Assembly (NCBI GenBank): GCA_947084985.1
Contig: CAMTUI010000023.1
Span: forward strand, 25,724-89,723
Length of the DNA stretch: 64,000 nucleotides
Source of the DNA: Methanobacteriota archaeon
GTDB taxonomy: Archaea > Thermoplasmatota > Thermoplasmata > RBG-16-68-12
Direction of reading: 5' to 3'
Numbering within the stretch: position 1 is the stretch's first letter; the number at the start of each line of letters is the position of its first letter. The notes beneath the pieces are model-generated. The model ran no database searches and was not told where the DNA came from. It saw only the letters and a list, made by a program, of their open reading frames with translations. The translations under genes were made by a program, and so were the position numbers. Below, one piece after another: positions 56,493 to 64,000 of the stretch.

Positions 56493-57460
56493 TGATGCCG
56501 TGACGTCAGCTTCCCCTCTCGCTTCGCGAGCATCTCTAGGTACGCGAGGCTGTACCTTGCGAGGATCAAGAAGACGATCGCCATGGCGAGCAGGATGTAC
56601 AGCTCCGTCTTCGCGTCGAAGATCCAGAATTGGCCGCCGAAGGCCGTCGTGCCGAGCGTGAGCTGGCGGAGCGCGTCGAGTCCGAATGTCGCGGGGACGA
56701 AGGACCCCGCAATCGCGACGATCGGACCCCATCCCGGCACGCGGAACAGCCCTGCGACGGGGAAGTAGAAGCCGCTCGAGAAGAAGATCGGCTCCTCCAT
56801 GAGGGCGGACAGGTTCCAGGCCTCCCGGCCCCACAGGAGGTACAGGGAGGCGAACATCATGCCCAGGCCGTACAGGGCCGTCAGGGCGACGAAGAAGACG
56901 GCGAGGAGCAGGAAGACGTCGACGACCTGGAAAACGACGCCGAAGACGACGACGCCGGCGACGAGCGTCGAGACGGCGCGGAGGGACGTCATGAACATCC
57001 CGCCGACCGCCATGCCGCCGAGGAGGGCCATGCGGTTCATCGGGGCCATCATGTAGAGCTGCAGGTTCCCGATCTCCTTCTCCCAGTACAGCTGGCTTGC
57101 CATCGACCACAGGACGTTCAGCCAGAAGGCGACCATCGTACCGCCCAGGACGACGGATGCGATGAGCGCGTTCGTGTTCGCCTTAGCGACCGCGAGGTAC
57201 GCGGCCTGCTCCGCCGCGTCGACGCACGCGTGGTCCGCGCACGTCCCGCCCAGGATCGCGGCGATTGCGCGGTCGCCGAACGCCTGGTAGACGAACACGT
57301 ACGCGGCGATGCCGAGGAGCGGAAGGAAGGCCTCGAAGAAGATCCACGAGGGCTCGCGGTTCGCGCCAATCACGCGCGGGTACGCCCGGCCCACGACCGC
57401 ATGGAGGTTCAGGGAGATCCGCGCCCGGAGGTCCGTCCGGCGGACGCTCGCCGTGCTCAC
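56489..57460 (-). CDS. ABC-2 type transporter permease
   Basis: 6 TM helices. GTG start overlaps the ATPase stop (GTGA). Confidence 0.7.
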   Translation of the reverse strand: MSTASVRRTDLRARISLNLHAVVGRAYPRVIGANREPSWIFFEAFLPLLGIAAYVFVYQAFGDRAIAAILGGTCADHACVDAAEQAAYLAVAKANTNALIASVVLGGTMVAFWLNVLWSMASQLYWEKEIGNLQLYMMAPMNRMALLGGMAVGGMFMTSLRAVSTLVAGVVVFGVVFQVVDVFLLLAVFFVALTALYGLGMMFASLYLLWGREAWNLSALMEEPIFFSSGFYFPVAGLFRVPGWGPIVAIAGSFVPATFGLDALRQLTLGTTAFGGQFWIFDAKTELYILLAMAIVFLILARYSLAYLEMLAKREGKLTSRHQ

Positions 57461-58473
57461 TCGAGACCCCTCCCGACCATACTGATGAAGACGTCCTCCA
57501 GGGTCGGCTCTGACTTCTGGAGGGAGTGGACTTTCGCGCCCTGCGTCATGATCGTGCTCAGGATGTCCGCCACGGGTCCCTCGTCCTCCAGGATGAAGGT
57601 CAGGTTCGTCCGGCCCTTCGCGAGATCGTCCTTGTGGGAGAAGTTCTTGACGCCCCGCAATCCGGAGAAGGCGGACGTCTCCCGGAGGGTGTCGACCTCA
57701 AGCCGGAACGTCGTGTCGTGGCGAATCATGCGCTTCAGGTTCTCCGGCGTGTCGCACGCAAGGATGCGCCCCTTGTCGATGATCGCGATCCGGTCGCACA
57801 TCTCGTCGGCCTCCATCATGTAGTGCGTCGTCAGGAGGACCGTCTTCCCTCTCCGCTTCTTGACCCAGTTCATCACGTAGTCCCGGATGACGCGCGCCGC
57901 GTTCACGTCGAGGCCGAGGGTGGGCTCGTCGAGGAAGAGGATGTCCGGGTCCGTGACGAACCCGCGGATCATGTTCATCTTCTGCCTCTGGCCCGACGAG
58001 ATCATGCGGACCTTCGCATCCCGTTTGTCCCACAGGCCGAAGATGTGCATGAGTTCATCGATGCGGACCTTCGCAACTTTGGACGGCACTCCGTAGAACT
58101 GGGAGAACATCCAGATGTTCTCGCGCACGGTCAGGAGTCCGTATCCCGACGTCTCGCCGCCGGACACCATGTTGATCCGCTGGCGGATCGGGAACGGGTC
58201 CTTCGCGACATCGTGGCCGGCGACGAGGGCCTGGCCCGAGGTCGGCAGGAGGAGCGTCGCGAGGATCTTGATCAGGGTCGTCTTGCCGGCGCCATTCGGG
58301 CCCAGAAGGCCGAACAGCTCCCCATCCCGGATCTGCAGGCTCGCGCGATCGAGGGCGGTGACCGGCCCCTGGCTATCCTCCCCGCCGTTCGGGGTGGCCT
58401 TGCGGCGGAGGCGGATCTTCTTCTTTCCGGAGAAGACCCGGGTCAGGTCGCGTATCTCGACAGCGTAGGACAT
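57457..58473 (-). CDS. ABC transporter ATP-binding protein
   Basis: Walker A GPNGAGKTT, signature SGGQRQK, Walker B ILFLDEPT. Confidence 0.9.
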   Translation of the reverse strand: MSYAVEIRDLTRVFSGKKKIRLRRKATPNGGEDSQGPVTALDRASLQIRDGELFGLLGPNGAGKTTLIKILATLLLPTSGQALVAGHDVAKDPFPIRQRINMVSGGETSGYGLLTVRENIWMFSQFYGVPSKVAKVRIDELMHIFGLWDKRDAKVRMISSGQRQKMNMIRGFVTDPDILFLDEPTLGLDVNAARVIRDYVMNWVKKRRGKTVLLTTHYMMEADEMCDRIAIIDKGRILACDTPENLKRMIRHDTTFRLEVDTLRETSAFSGLRGVKNFSHKDDLAKGRTNLTFILEDEGPVADILSTIMTQGAKVHSLQKSEPTLEDVFISMVGRGLE

Positions 58474-58526
58474 GGGAAGCCGCGTCCGATCGCCCTCGGA
58501 CCGGAGGCGCAAGACGGAACGGAGGT

Positions 58527-58718
58527 TCAGGCGACCGATCGTTTGCGGTATCGGGTGATGTACCCGGCGATCCGGTTGCGCATCAAGATGCTCCGGACGT
58601 CCGAGAGCTCCGACACCTTGCGCTTGTTGTGGTCGAAGTCGTCCGTGAATTCGTTCGGATAGAGCTTCGCGAGTTCAATCGCGACGCGCTTGATGTAGGT
58701 CGGCCGGACGTTGCCCAA
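58527..58718 (-). CDS. rps17e: 30S ribosomal protein S17e (TTG start)
   Basis: [34 protein letters not shown]. Confidence 0.8.
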   Translation of the reverse strand: MGNVRPTYIKRVAIELAKLYPNEFTDDFDHNKRKVSELSDVRSILMRNRIAGYITRYRKRSVA

Positions 58719-58926
58719 CGTTTCACTCCGCGTTCCAGCTGAGAGGGGAGCGTGCGAAGAGGAGGGACGTAGATAAAGGTTCTCAGGAGCGGCGCGACGA
58801 GGCGCGGGCACGCGTCCCTCGAGCCGACGTGAGACGCGCGGCGCATAACGAACCGGCAACTCTTAAATAGGAACCCCTGTTACGCCCGGTTTAGAACGGG
58901 CACGCCCCGCCGGTCCCTCAGGAGCG

Positions 58927-59098
58927 GATGCGGATGGAAGAAAGCCTTGTGAACGTCGAGTTCCTGAAGAGTTCGAACAGCTTCATCGCCCGCATTCAAA
59001 GCGAGCTCGGCGGGATGCGGGAATACCGCAGCTCCTCCTTCGAGGAGGTCCTCGAGCAGGTCGTCATCGACCTCCAAGAGGAGTTCGAGTCCTACTGA
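58927..59098 (+). CDS. Small acidic hypothetical protein (~57 aa), not in the ORF track
   Basis: M(RM)EESLVNVEFLKSSNSFIARIQSELGGMREYRSSSFEEVLEQVVIDLQEEFESY. Preceded by TCTTAAATAGG about 50 nt upstream. Confidence 0.3.
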
Positions 59099-59107
59099 GC
59101 CTGCGAA

Positions 59108-59886
59108 TCACGAGCCGGTCCAGGCGGGCTTCCGCTTCTCGATGAAGGCCTTCATGCCCTCCGCCTTGTCCTGCGTCGAGCCGACGACGCCGAACGCGGC
59201 GGTCTCGAAATCCAGGCCCGCGGACAGGGGCATTTCCTGAGCGGCCCTCAGACACGCCTTCGCGATGGCGATCGCGGCGGGACTCTTCTCGAGGATCCTC
59301 CGGGCGAGAGCCTTCGCCTCGTCGAGGAGGCGGTCCGCCGGCACGACGCGGTTCACGAGCCCGATCCTCTCCGCGGTCGCCGCATCGATCGCGTCCCCCG
59401 TGAAGATCATCTCCGCCGCCCATCCCGGCCCGACGAGGCGCGGCAAGCGCTGGCTCCCGCCGAACCCCGGGATGATCCCGATGTTCACCTCCGGCTGTCC
59501 GATCTTTGCCTGGTCGGACGCGATTCGGATGTCGCACGCGAGGGCGAGCTCACATCCGCCGCCGAGCGCGTAGCCGTTGATCGCGGCGATGATCGGTTTG
59601 TTGCACGCCGCCATCGCGTCCCCGAGTCGGCGGCCGATCTCGGAGAAGCCGCGCATCTCGAGCCCGGACAGGTTCGCCATCTCCTTGATGTCCGCCCCCG
59701 CGACGAAGGCCTTGTCCCCCGCCCCGGTCAGGATGATCGCGCCGATGTCCTGGGCCAACGAAACGTGCTCGAACGTCATCGCGAGCTCCCGCAGGACGAT
59801 CGAGTTGAGGGCGTTCCGCGCGTCCGGCCGGTTGATCGTCACGATCGCGAGGCGATCCTCCATCTCCACCTTCACGAGGTCGGGCA
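59108..59886 (-). CDS. Enoyl-CoA hydratase (crotonase family)
   Basis: ILTGAGDKAFVAGADI, ALGGGCELALACD. Confidence 0.85.
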
Positions 59887-59995
59887 TGGTCTCGACGCCT
59901 GGGAAGGGGATGGACGTCGATGAACCTTCGGTACGGATGTGCACGCACGCAGGGTCGGAGGAACACCGAGGAAAAGTATTTCTCCGGAGGTCCGG

Positions 59996-60961
59996 ATGGA
60001 TACTCGAGGCCGAGGGATGCCTTCGTACCGCCGACTTCTCCCGCTCGGATTGGCAATCGTGGTCGTCAGCGCGCTCCTCCTCGTCGCGCAGCCTGCCCGC
60101 GCGGACGCGGCCCGGCCGACGTGGTCCGTCGGCGACTACTGGGAATACGACATCCTTGGGGCCATCTCCCCGTCGGGCGAGGCGGGGACCCTGCGCCTCG
60201 ACGTCGTCGGGCAGGACTCCCTGTCCGTCGGCGCGGCGACGTACTCGACGCATCGCACGAACCTGACGTTCAACGTGACCCTCCTCGGGACGCCGTACGA
60301 GATCCACGGAAACGCGTGGTTCCGGACGACGGATCTCGCGCTCGCCAAGCTGAACTTCTCCATCACGGTCTTGGGGTTCACGTCCTCCATCGCGATCACG
60401 AACGAGCCGCCCCTGTCGATCCAGTGGCCCCTGACCGCAGGGAGGACGTGGGACGTCGCGAGCACGGTGACCGTGGTGACGGAGATCCCGGGCTTCCCGC
60501 CAGGGACGGATACATCCCTGGTGACCGCCACGGCCCTCGTCGGGGCGGACGAGACGGTCGTCGTGGCGGCGGGGACGTTCACCGCGACGCCGCTCCGGCA
60601 GACGGCGCCGGACGGGAACTACTCGAAGAGCTATTGGTCCGACGAGGCGGGCAACTCCGTCGAGGAGAAGTCGTACAACTCCACGGGCGCGGAGACGAGC
60701 TCGATGGAGCTCCGGTCGTACAGCTACACGCCGCCTTCCGGGACGACCGGCGCCGACACGATCCTCGGGTTGCCGTGGTACCTCTGGATCGTGTTCGTCC
60801 TGATCGGGGTCTTCGCGGTCGTCGCGTTCCTCATGATTCGCCGCAAGCCGCCGATGCCGATGCCCGTACCGCCGGGCGCGCCGCCGCCGATGCAGCCCAT
60901 GCCGCCGACCCCGCCGCTGGAGCCCGGGCCGCCGGGCGGCCCTCCGGGCTCGCCGCCCTGA
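59996..60961 (+). CDS. Secreted surface protein with C-terminal TM anchor and Pro-rich cytoplasmic tail
   Basis: Signal peptide LGLAIVVVSALLLVAQPARA. TM LWIVFVLIGVFAVVAFLMI. PPMPMPVPPGAPPPMQP tail. Confidence 0.5.
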   Translation: MDTRGRGMPSYRRLLPLGLAIVVVSALLLVAQPARADAARPTWSVGDYWEYDILGAISPSGEAGTLRLDVVGQDSLSVGAATYSTHRTNLTFNVTLLGTPYEIHGNAWFRTTDLALAKLNFSITVLGFTSSIAITNEPPLSIQWPLTAGRTWDVASTVTVVTEIPGFPPGTDTSLVTATALVGADETVVVAAGTFTATPLRQTAPDGNYSKSYWSDEAGNSVEEKSYNSTGAETSSMELRSYSYTPPSGTTGADTILGLPWYLWIVFVLIGVFAVVAFLMIRRKPPMPMPVPPGAPPPMQPMPPTPPLEPGPPGGPPGSPP

Positions 60962-60966
60962 GCGGG

Positions 60967-61845
60967 CTACGCCTTCGCGTAGTCGTACACGCCGCGGCCC
61001 GTCTTTCGTCCGAGGCGGCCCGCGCGCACGTACTTCCGCAGGAGCGGCGAGGGCCGAAACTTCGGGTCGCCAGTCTCGCGGTACAGGACCTCCATCACGT
61101 CGAGCCCGATGTCCAGCCCCGTGTAGTCCGCGAGCTCGAACGGCCCCATCGGCATGTTCGTCCCGAGCTTCATCGCCTTGTCGATGTCCTCCGCGGTCGC
61201 GGCGCCTTCCATCAGGAGGTTGAACGCCTCGTTCATCATCGGCACGAGCAGGCGGTTCACGACGAACCCGGGGCTCTCCCGGACCTCGACGGGCTCCTTG
61301 CCCAGCCTCGTGGATAGGTCCATGATCAGCTGCACGGTCTCGTCGCTCGTCTCCGAGCCGCGGACCACCTCGACGAGCTTCATGACCGGCGCGGGGTTGA
61401 AGAAGTGTAGACCGACGACGCGGTCCGCGCGCTTTGTCGTATTCGCCATCTCCGTGATGCTCAGGGACGACGTGTTCGACGCGAACACGACCCCGGGCGC
61501 GCAGAGGCCGTCCATCTCCGCGTACAGGGCGCGCTTTAGGTCCATCTTCTCGAGGATCGCCTCGATCACGACGCCCGCGCCGTCGAGGGCCTCCCGCAGG
61601 TCCACGGTCCCCTGGATGTTCGACAGGATCGCGTCCACGTCGGCCTGGGCCATCTTCCCCTTCTCGACGCGTTTCATGAGCGGCTCGCGGATCCGTTGGA
61701 AGCCGCCTTCGACAAAGCGCGGCTCGATGTCCCTCATCGCGACCCGGAATCCCGCAGCCGCGCACGTCTGCGCGATCCCCGCGCCCATCGTTCCCGCGCC
61801 GATCACGGCGATCTTCTTCACGTCGGCCAAGCGCATGCGTCCACC
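60967..61845 (-). CDS. 3-hydroxyacyl-CoA (3-hydroxybutyryl-CoA) dehydrogenase
   Basis: IAVIGAGTMGAGIA Rossmann motif, HFFNPAP, a C-terminal dimerisation domain. Confidence 0.85.
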   Translation of the reverse strand, partial: GGRMRLADVKKIAVIGAGTMGAGIAQTCAAAGFRVAMRDIEPRFVEGGFQRIREPLMKRVEKGKMAQADVDAILSNIQGTVDLREALDGAGVVIEAILEKMDLKRALYAEMDGLCAPGVVFASNTSSLSITEMANTTKRADRVVGLHFFNPAPVMKLVEVVRGSETSDETVQLIMDLSTRLGKEPVEVRESPGFVVNRLLVPMMNEAFNLLMEGAATAEDIDKAMKLGTNMPMGPFELADYTGLDIGLDVMEVLYRETGDPKFRPSPLLRKYVRAGRLGRKTGRGVYDYAKA

Positions 61846-61929
61846 GTCGGCGAGCGAATGCGCGGACGACCATAGAGCTTTGCGGGGGCCGCAGGCGTTA
61901 CATAGGCCGGTGCGGGTGTCCCGGTCCGC

Positions 61930-62847
61930 ATGCGCGGCGGCCCGTACGCGGCGATCGCCCTCGCCGTCGTGTCGGTGAGCTTCAGCGCGATCTTCATCAC
62001 ATGGAGCACGTCGCCCTTCATCACAATCGCCCTGTACCGCCTTGCCCTCGCCTCGCTGATCCTCGCACCCTTCGCCCTCCTCGATCCGCGCAAGCCGCTG
62101 CGCGCGATCCCGCGGCGCGACCTCGCCCTCATGGCCGGGATCGGCGTCATCCTGGCGTTCCACTTCGCTCTCTGGATCGGATCCCTGAAGATCGAGGCGG
62201 TCAAGGTGAGCGTCGCGAGCTCCGTGATCCTGGTCACGTCTCACCCGCTCCTCGTCGGTCTGCTGTCCCACTTCGTCATGAAGGAGCGATTGAACGCCTG
62301 GATGGCCCTCGGGATCGGCCTCGGGTTCAGCGGCGTCGTCGTGATCGCCTTCGCGGATTCCCAAGCCGCGAGCGCGACCGTCGTCGGGAACTTGCTCGCG
62401 TTCCTCGGCGGGATCGCGGCGGGCTTCTATTTCCTCGCGGGGCGGCGGCTGCGTCCACGGGTGCCCTTGATCGCGTACGCGTTCGTCGTGTATGTGACCG
62501 CGACAGGCACGCTGCTCATCCTGACAATCGCCCTGGGAGACAGCCTCGTCCCCGTCGGCGACGCGGGCCGCGAGATCCTCCTGTTCCTCGCGATGGCTGT
62601 AATCCCGCAGATCGGTGGGCACACCCTGTACAACTGGTCCCTCCGCTGGGTCACCGCGCCCGTCGTGAGCCTGAGCCTCGTCGGCGAACCGATCGGATCG
62701 AGCCTCCTCGCGTGGGTCCTCCTAGACCAGGTGCCCGGGGCGGCGGTTGCGGTCGGCGGCGTCCTCGCCCTCGCGGGGATCTACCTCACGGCCACGGGGC
62801 AGAGCGCGCGGACGCGGGAGGCGATTGCCGCGCGGGACGTCGAGTGA
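61930..62847 (+). CDS. EamA/DMT-family transporter
   Basis: 10 TM helices in two EamA halves. Confidence 0.8.
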   Translation: MRGGPYAAIALAVVSVSFSAIFITWSTSPFITIALYRLALASLILAPFALLDPRKPLRAIPRRDLALMAGIGVILAFHFALWIGSLKIEAVKVSVASSVILVTSHPLLVGLLSHFVMKERLNAWMALGIGLGFSGVVVIAFADSQAASATVVGNLLAFLGGIAAGFYFLAGRRLRPRVPLIAYAFVVYVTATGTLLILTIALGDSLVPVGDAGREILLFLAMAVIPQIGGHTLYNWSLRWVTAPVVSLSLVGEPIGSSLLAWVLLDQVPGAAVAVGGVLALAGIYLTATGQSARTREAIAARDVE

Positions 62848-63110
62848 GCAGGATACCTCCAAGTAGAGGTATGAACCGCGGCGGAGACGAACCGCTCGAT
62901 ACGTGCCCACCGACGGGCGATCTCCTGCTCCGCCCTGCGGTGGTGTGCGGCCATACGCCGGAGAAGTGCCCCCTTGGTTTTCGGAGCCCCGAAGCGGCCT
63001 ACATAGTCCTCCCTGCGAACGAATCGCCCGCCCTGCCGCTCGTATTGCCAGAAGTAGACGTACCGGCGTCCGCCGAAATCGCGGACCCGGGTCTCACAGC
63101 CAATCTCCAT
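62781..63110 (-). CDS. Hypothetical ORF (109 aa) with lower GC3 than neighbouring genes; possibly spurious or foreign
   Basis: Starts inside the second palindrome and ends inside the eamA 3' end. Many A/T-ending codons. Confidence 0.25.
   Translation of the reverse strand: MEIGCETRVRDFGGRRYVYFWQYERQGGRFVRREDYVGRFGAPKTKGALLRRMAAHHRRAEQEIARRWARIERFVSAAVHTSTWRYPAHSTSRAAIASRVRALCPVAVR
62853..62872. repeat. 20-bp perfect palindrome ATACCTCCAAGTAGAGGTAT, 6 nt after the eamA stop
   Basis: Self-complementary. Near-identical copy at 63116..63135. Confidence 0.6.
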
Positions 63111-63115
63111 GTTTC

Positions 63116-63135
63116 ATACCTCTAAGTAGAGGTAT
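63116..63135. repeat. 20-bp perfect palindrome ATACCTCTAAGTAGAGGTAT, 45 nt after the DNA ligase stop
   Basis: Self-complementary; a 1-nt variant of 62853..62872. Confidence 0.6.
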
Positions 63136-63180
63136 ACGCAGGGGGTCTCATCCTCGTTCCCGTGGGGTGTGTGAAACTGC

Positions 63181-64000
63181 TCAGAGGTCGCCCGGCCCTC
63201 GTCCCTTCCTCTCGAACTGTTTCGCGTACAGGTCCTTGAGCCGCGCATACGTGTCAACATCTGCCGGTGCCTTGTCGTCCCGGATCCGCACGATGCGGGC
63301 GAAGCGGAGCGCAAAGCCGCTCGGGTAGTGCGGACTCCTCTGGATCTCGTTGTACGCGACCTCGACCACGGCCTCGGGGCGGACGTGGAATCCCCACCGC
63401 TCCTCCGACGTCGCAAGGCCGCGCAGGCGCTCCGTCATCGCCCCGAATTCCGCATCCGTGAGGCCCTTGAACGTCTTCCCGATCATCTGGAACTCGCCCG
63501 TGCGGTCGTCCCTCACCGCGAGCCAGTAGTTTGACAGCCAGCCCTCCCGACGACCGGAGCCCCACTCCGCCGCAACGATCGCCAGGTCGAGATGGTCCGC
63601 GGGCTTGATCTTGAACCACTTCTTCCCCCGCTTGCCGACGGAGTACGGGGCGTCGAGGTGCTTCGCCATGAGGCCCTCGTGGCCCGCCTCCAGGGCCTCC
63701 TGCAGGAACGACTCGATCTCTTCCTTCGTCCGCACGATCCGCCGCGCGGTCAGCAGGTCCCGGGGCACGAGCCGCTCCAGGAGCTCCCATCGAACGCGAT
63801 ACGGCTCGTCAATCAGCGTGCGCCCATCGAGATGCAGGAGGTCGAACAGGAAGAGCTTCAGGGGGATCTCCTCCTGGGCCGCGTCGATGTCATGCACGCG
63901 GCGGAAGCGGCGCATCAAGTCCTGGAACGGCAGCGGCTTTCCTTCGTGGTCCGTCGCGACGACCTCGCCTTCGAGGAGGAACGCCCGTGCCTGAAGGGAC
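63181..64000 (-). CDS. lig: ATP-dependent DNA ligase, C-terminal part (N-terminus beyond the window end)
   Basis: Adenylation-domain motifs (LFLFDLLHLDG, EGLMAKHLDAPYSVGKRG..WFKIKP), OB-fold C-terminus. Confidence 0.8.
   Translation of the reverse strand, partial: SLQARAFLLEGEVVATDHEGKPLPFQDLMRRFRRVHDIDAAQEEIPLKLFLFDLLHLDGRTLIDEPYRVRWELLERLVPRDLLTARRIVRTKEEIESFLQEALEAGHEGLMAKHLDAPYSVGKRGKKWFKIKPADHLDLAIVAAEWGSGRREGWLSNYWLAVRDDRTGEFQMIGKTFKGLTDAEFGAMTERLRGLATSEERWGFHVRPEAVVEVAYNEIQRSPHYPSGFALRFARIVRIRDDKAPADVDTYARLKDLYAKQFERKGRGPGDL

Noticed and set aside
59108-61873. 921-aa ORF on the minus strand
   Set aside because: It is a chimera. The C-terminal 259 aa are an enoyl-CoA hydratase. The middle is antisense to a plus-strand surface-protein gene. 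The upstream part overlaps the real 3-hydroxyacyl-CoA dehydrogenase in another frame.
1-64000. CRISPR arrays, IS elements, integrase genes
   Set aside because: No regularly spaced direct repeats, no transposase- or integrase-like ORFs, and no terminal inverted repeats beyond the short palindromes were seen anywhere in the window.

Overview
High-GC (~65%) archaeal chromosomal segment with euryarchaeal/Thermoplasmatota-like housekeeping content; about 80 protein genes and at least one tRNA are supportable.

Main blocks, in order along the window:
- Purine/folate cluster: purD, folD, a geranylgeranyl reductase, a MetF-like reductase, purH, purN.
- Riboflavin operon ribB-ribL-ribC-ribH.
- Exosome/proteasome superoperon on the minus strand (pop5-psmA-sdo1-rrp4-rrp41-rrp42-rpl37ae-rpoP-pcc1-pfdB), immediately followed by ftsZ.
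- Also present: metG, cbf5-cmk, TBP, RNase HII, an MGMT-DBD/endonuclease V fusion, panE, an HDAC-family protein, an M24 peptidase, an ABC-2 transporter, beta-oxidation-type genes, and the C-terminus of an ATP-dependent DNA ligase at the window edge.

Non-routine content:
- Three KaiC-like RecA-superfamily ATPases in the window. One heads an operon with a roadblock/LC7 protein and two paralogous ~205-aa unknowns (1290-4226). Two sit in tandem directly upstream of ftsZ (40277-42141), with a 24-bp palindrome upstream.
- A 7TM/ATP-grasp fusion protein convergent with a membrane-anchored subtilisin (14434-17213).
- An intron-containing tRNA-Ser(GGA) (30768-30874) with a degenerate tRNA-like copy 1.1 kb away, bracketing a frameshift-split membrane ORF.
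- Twin 20-bp perfect palindromes flanking an atypical-codon ORF beside the DNA ligase (62853-63135).
- A repeat- and palindrome-rich 430-bp intergenic region (13344-13776).
- Several very long six-frame ORFs are antisense artefacts of the high GC content and are rejected.

All calls rest on reading the translations and DNA by eye. No database search was run.
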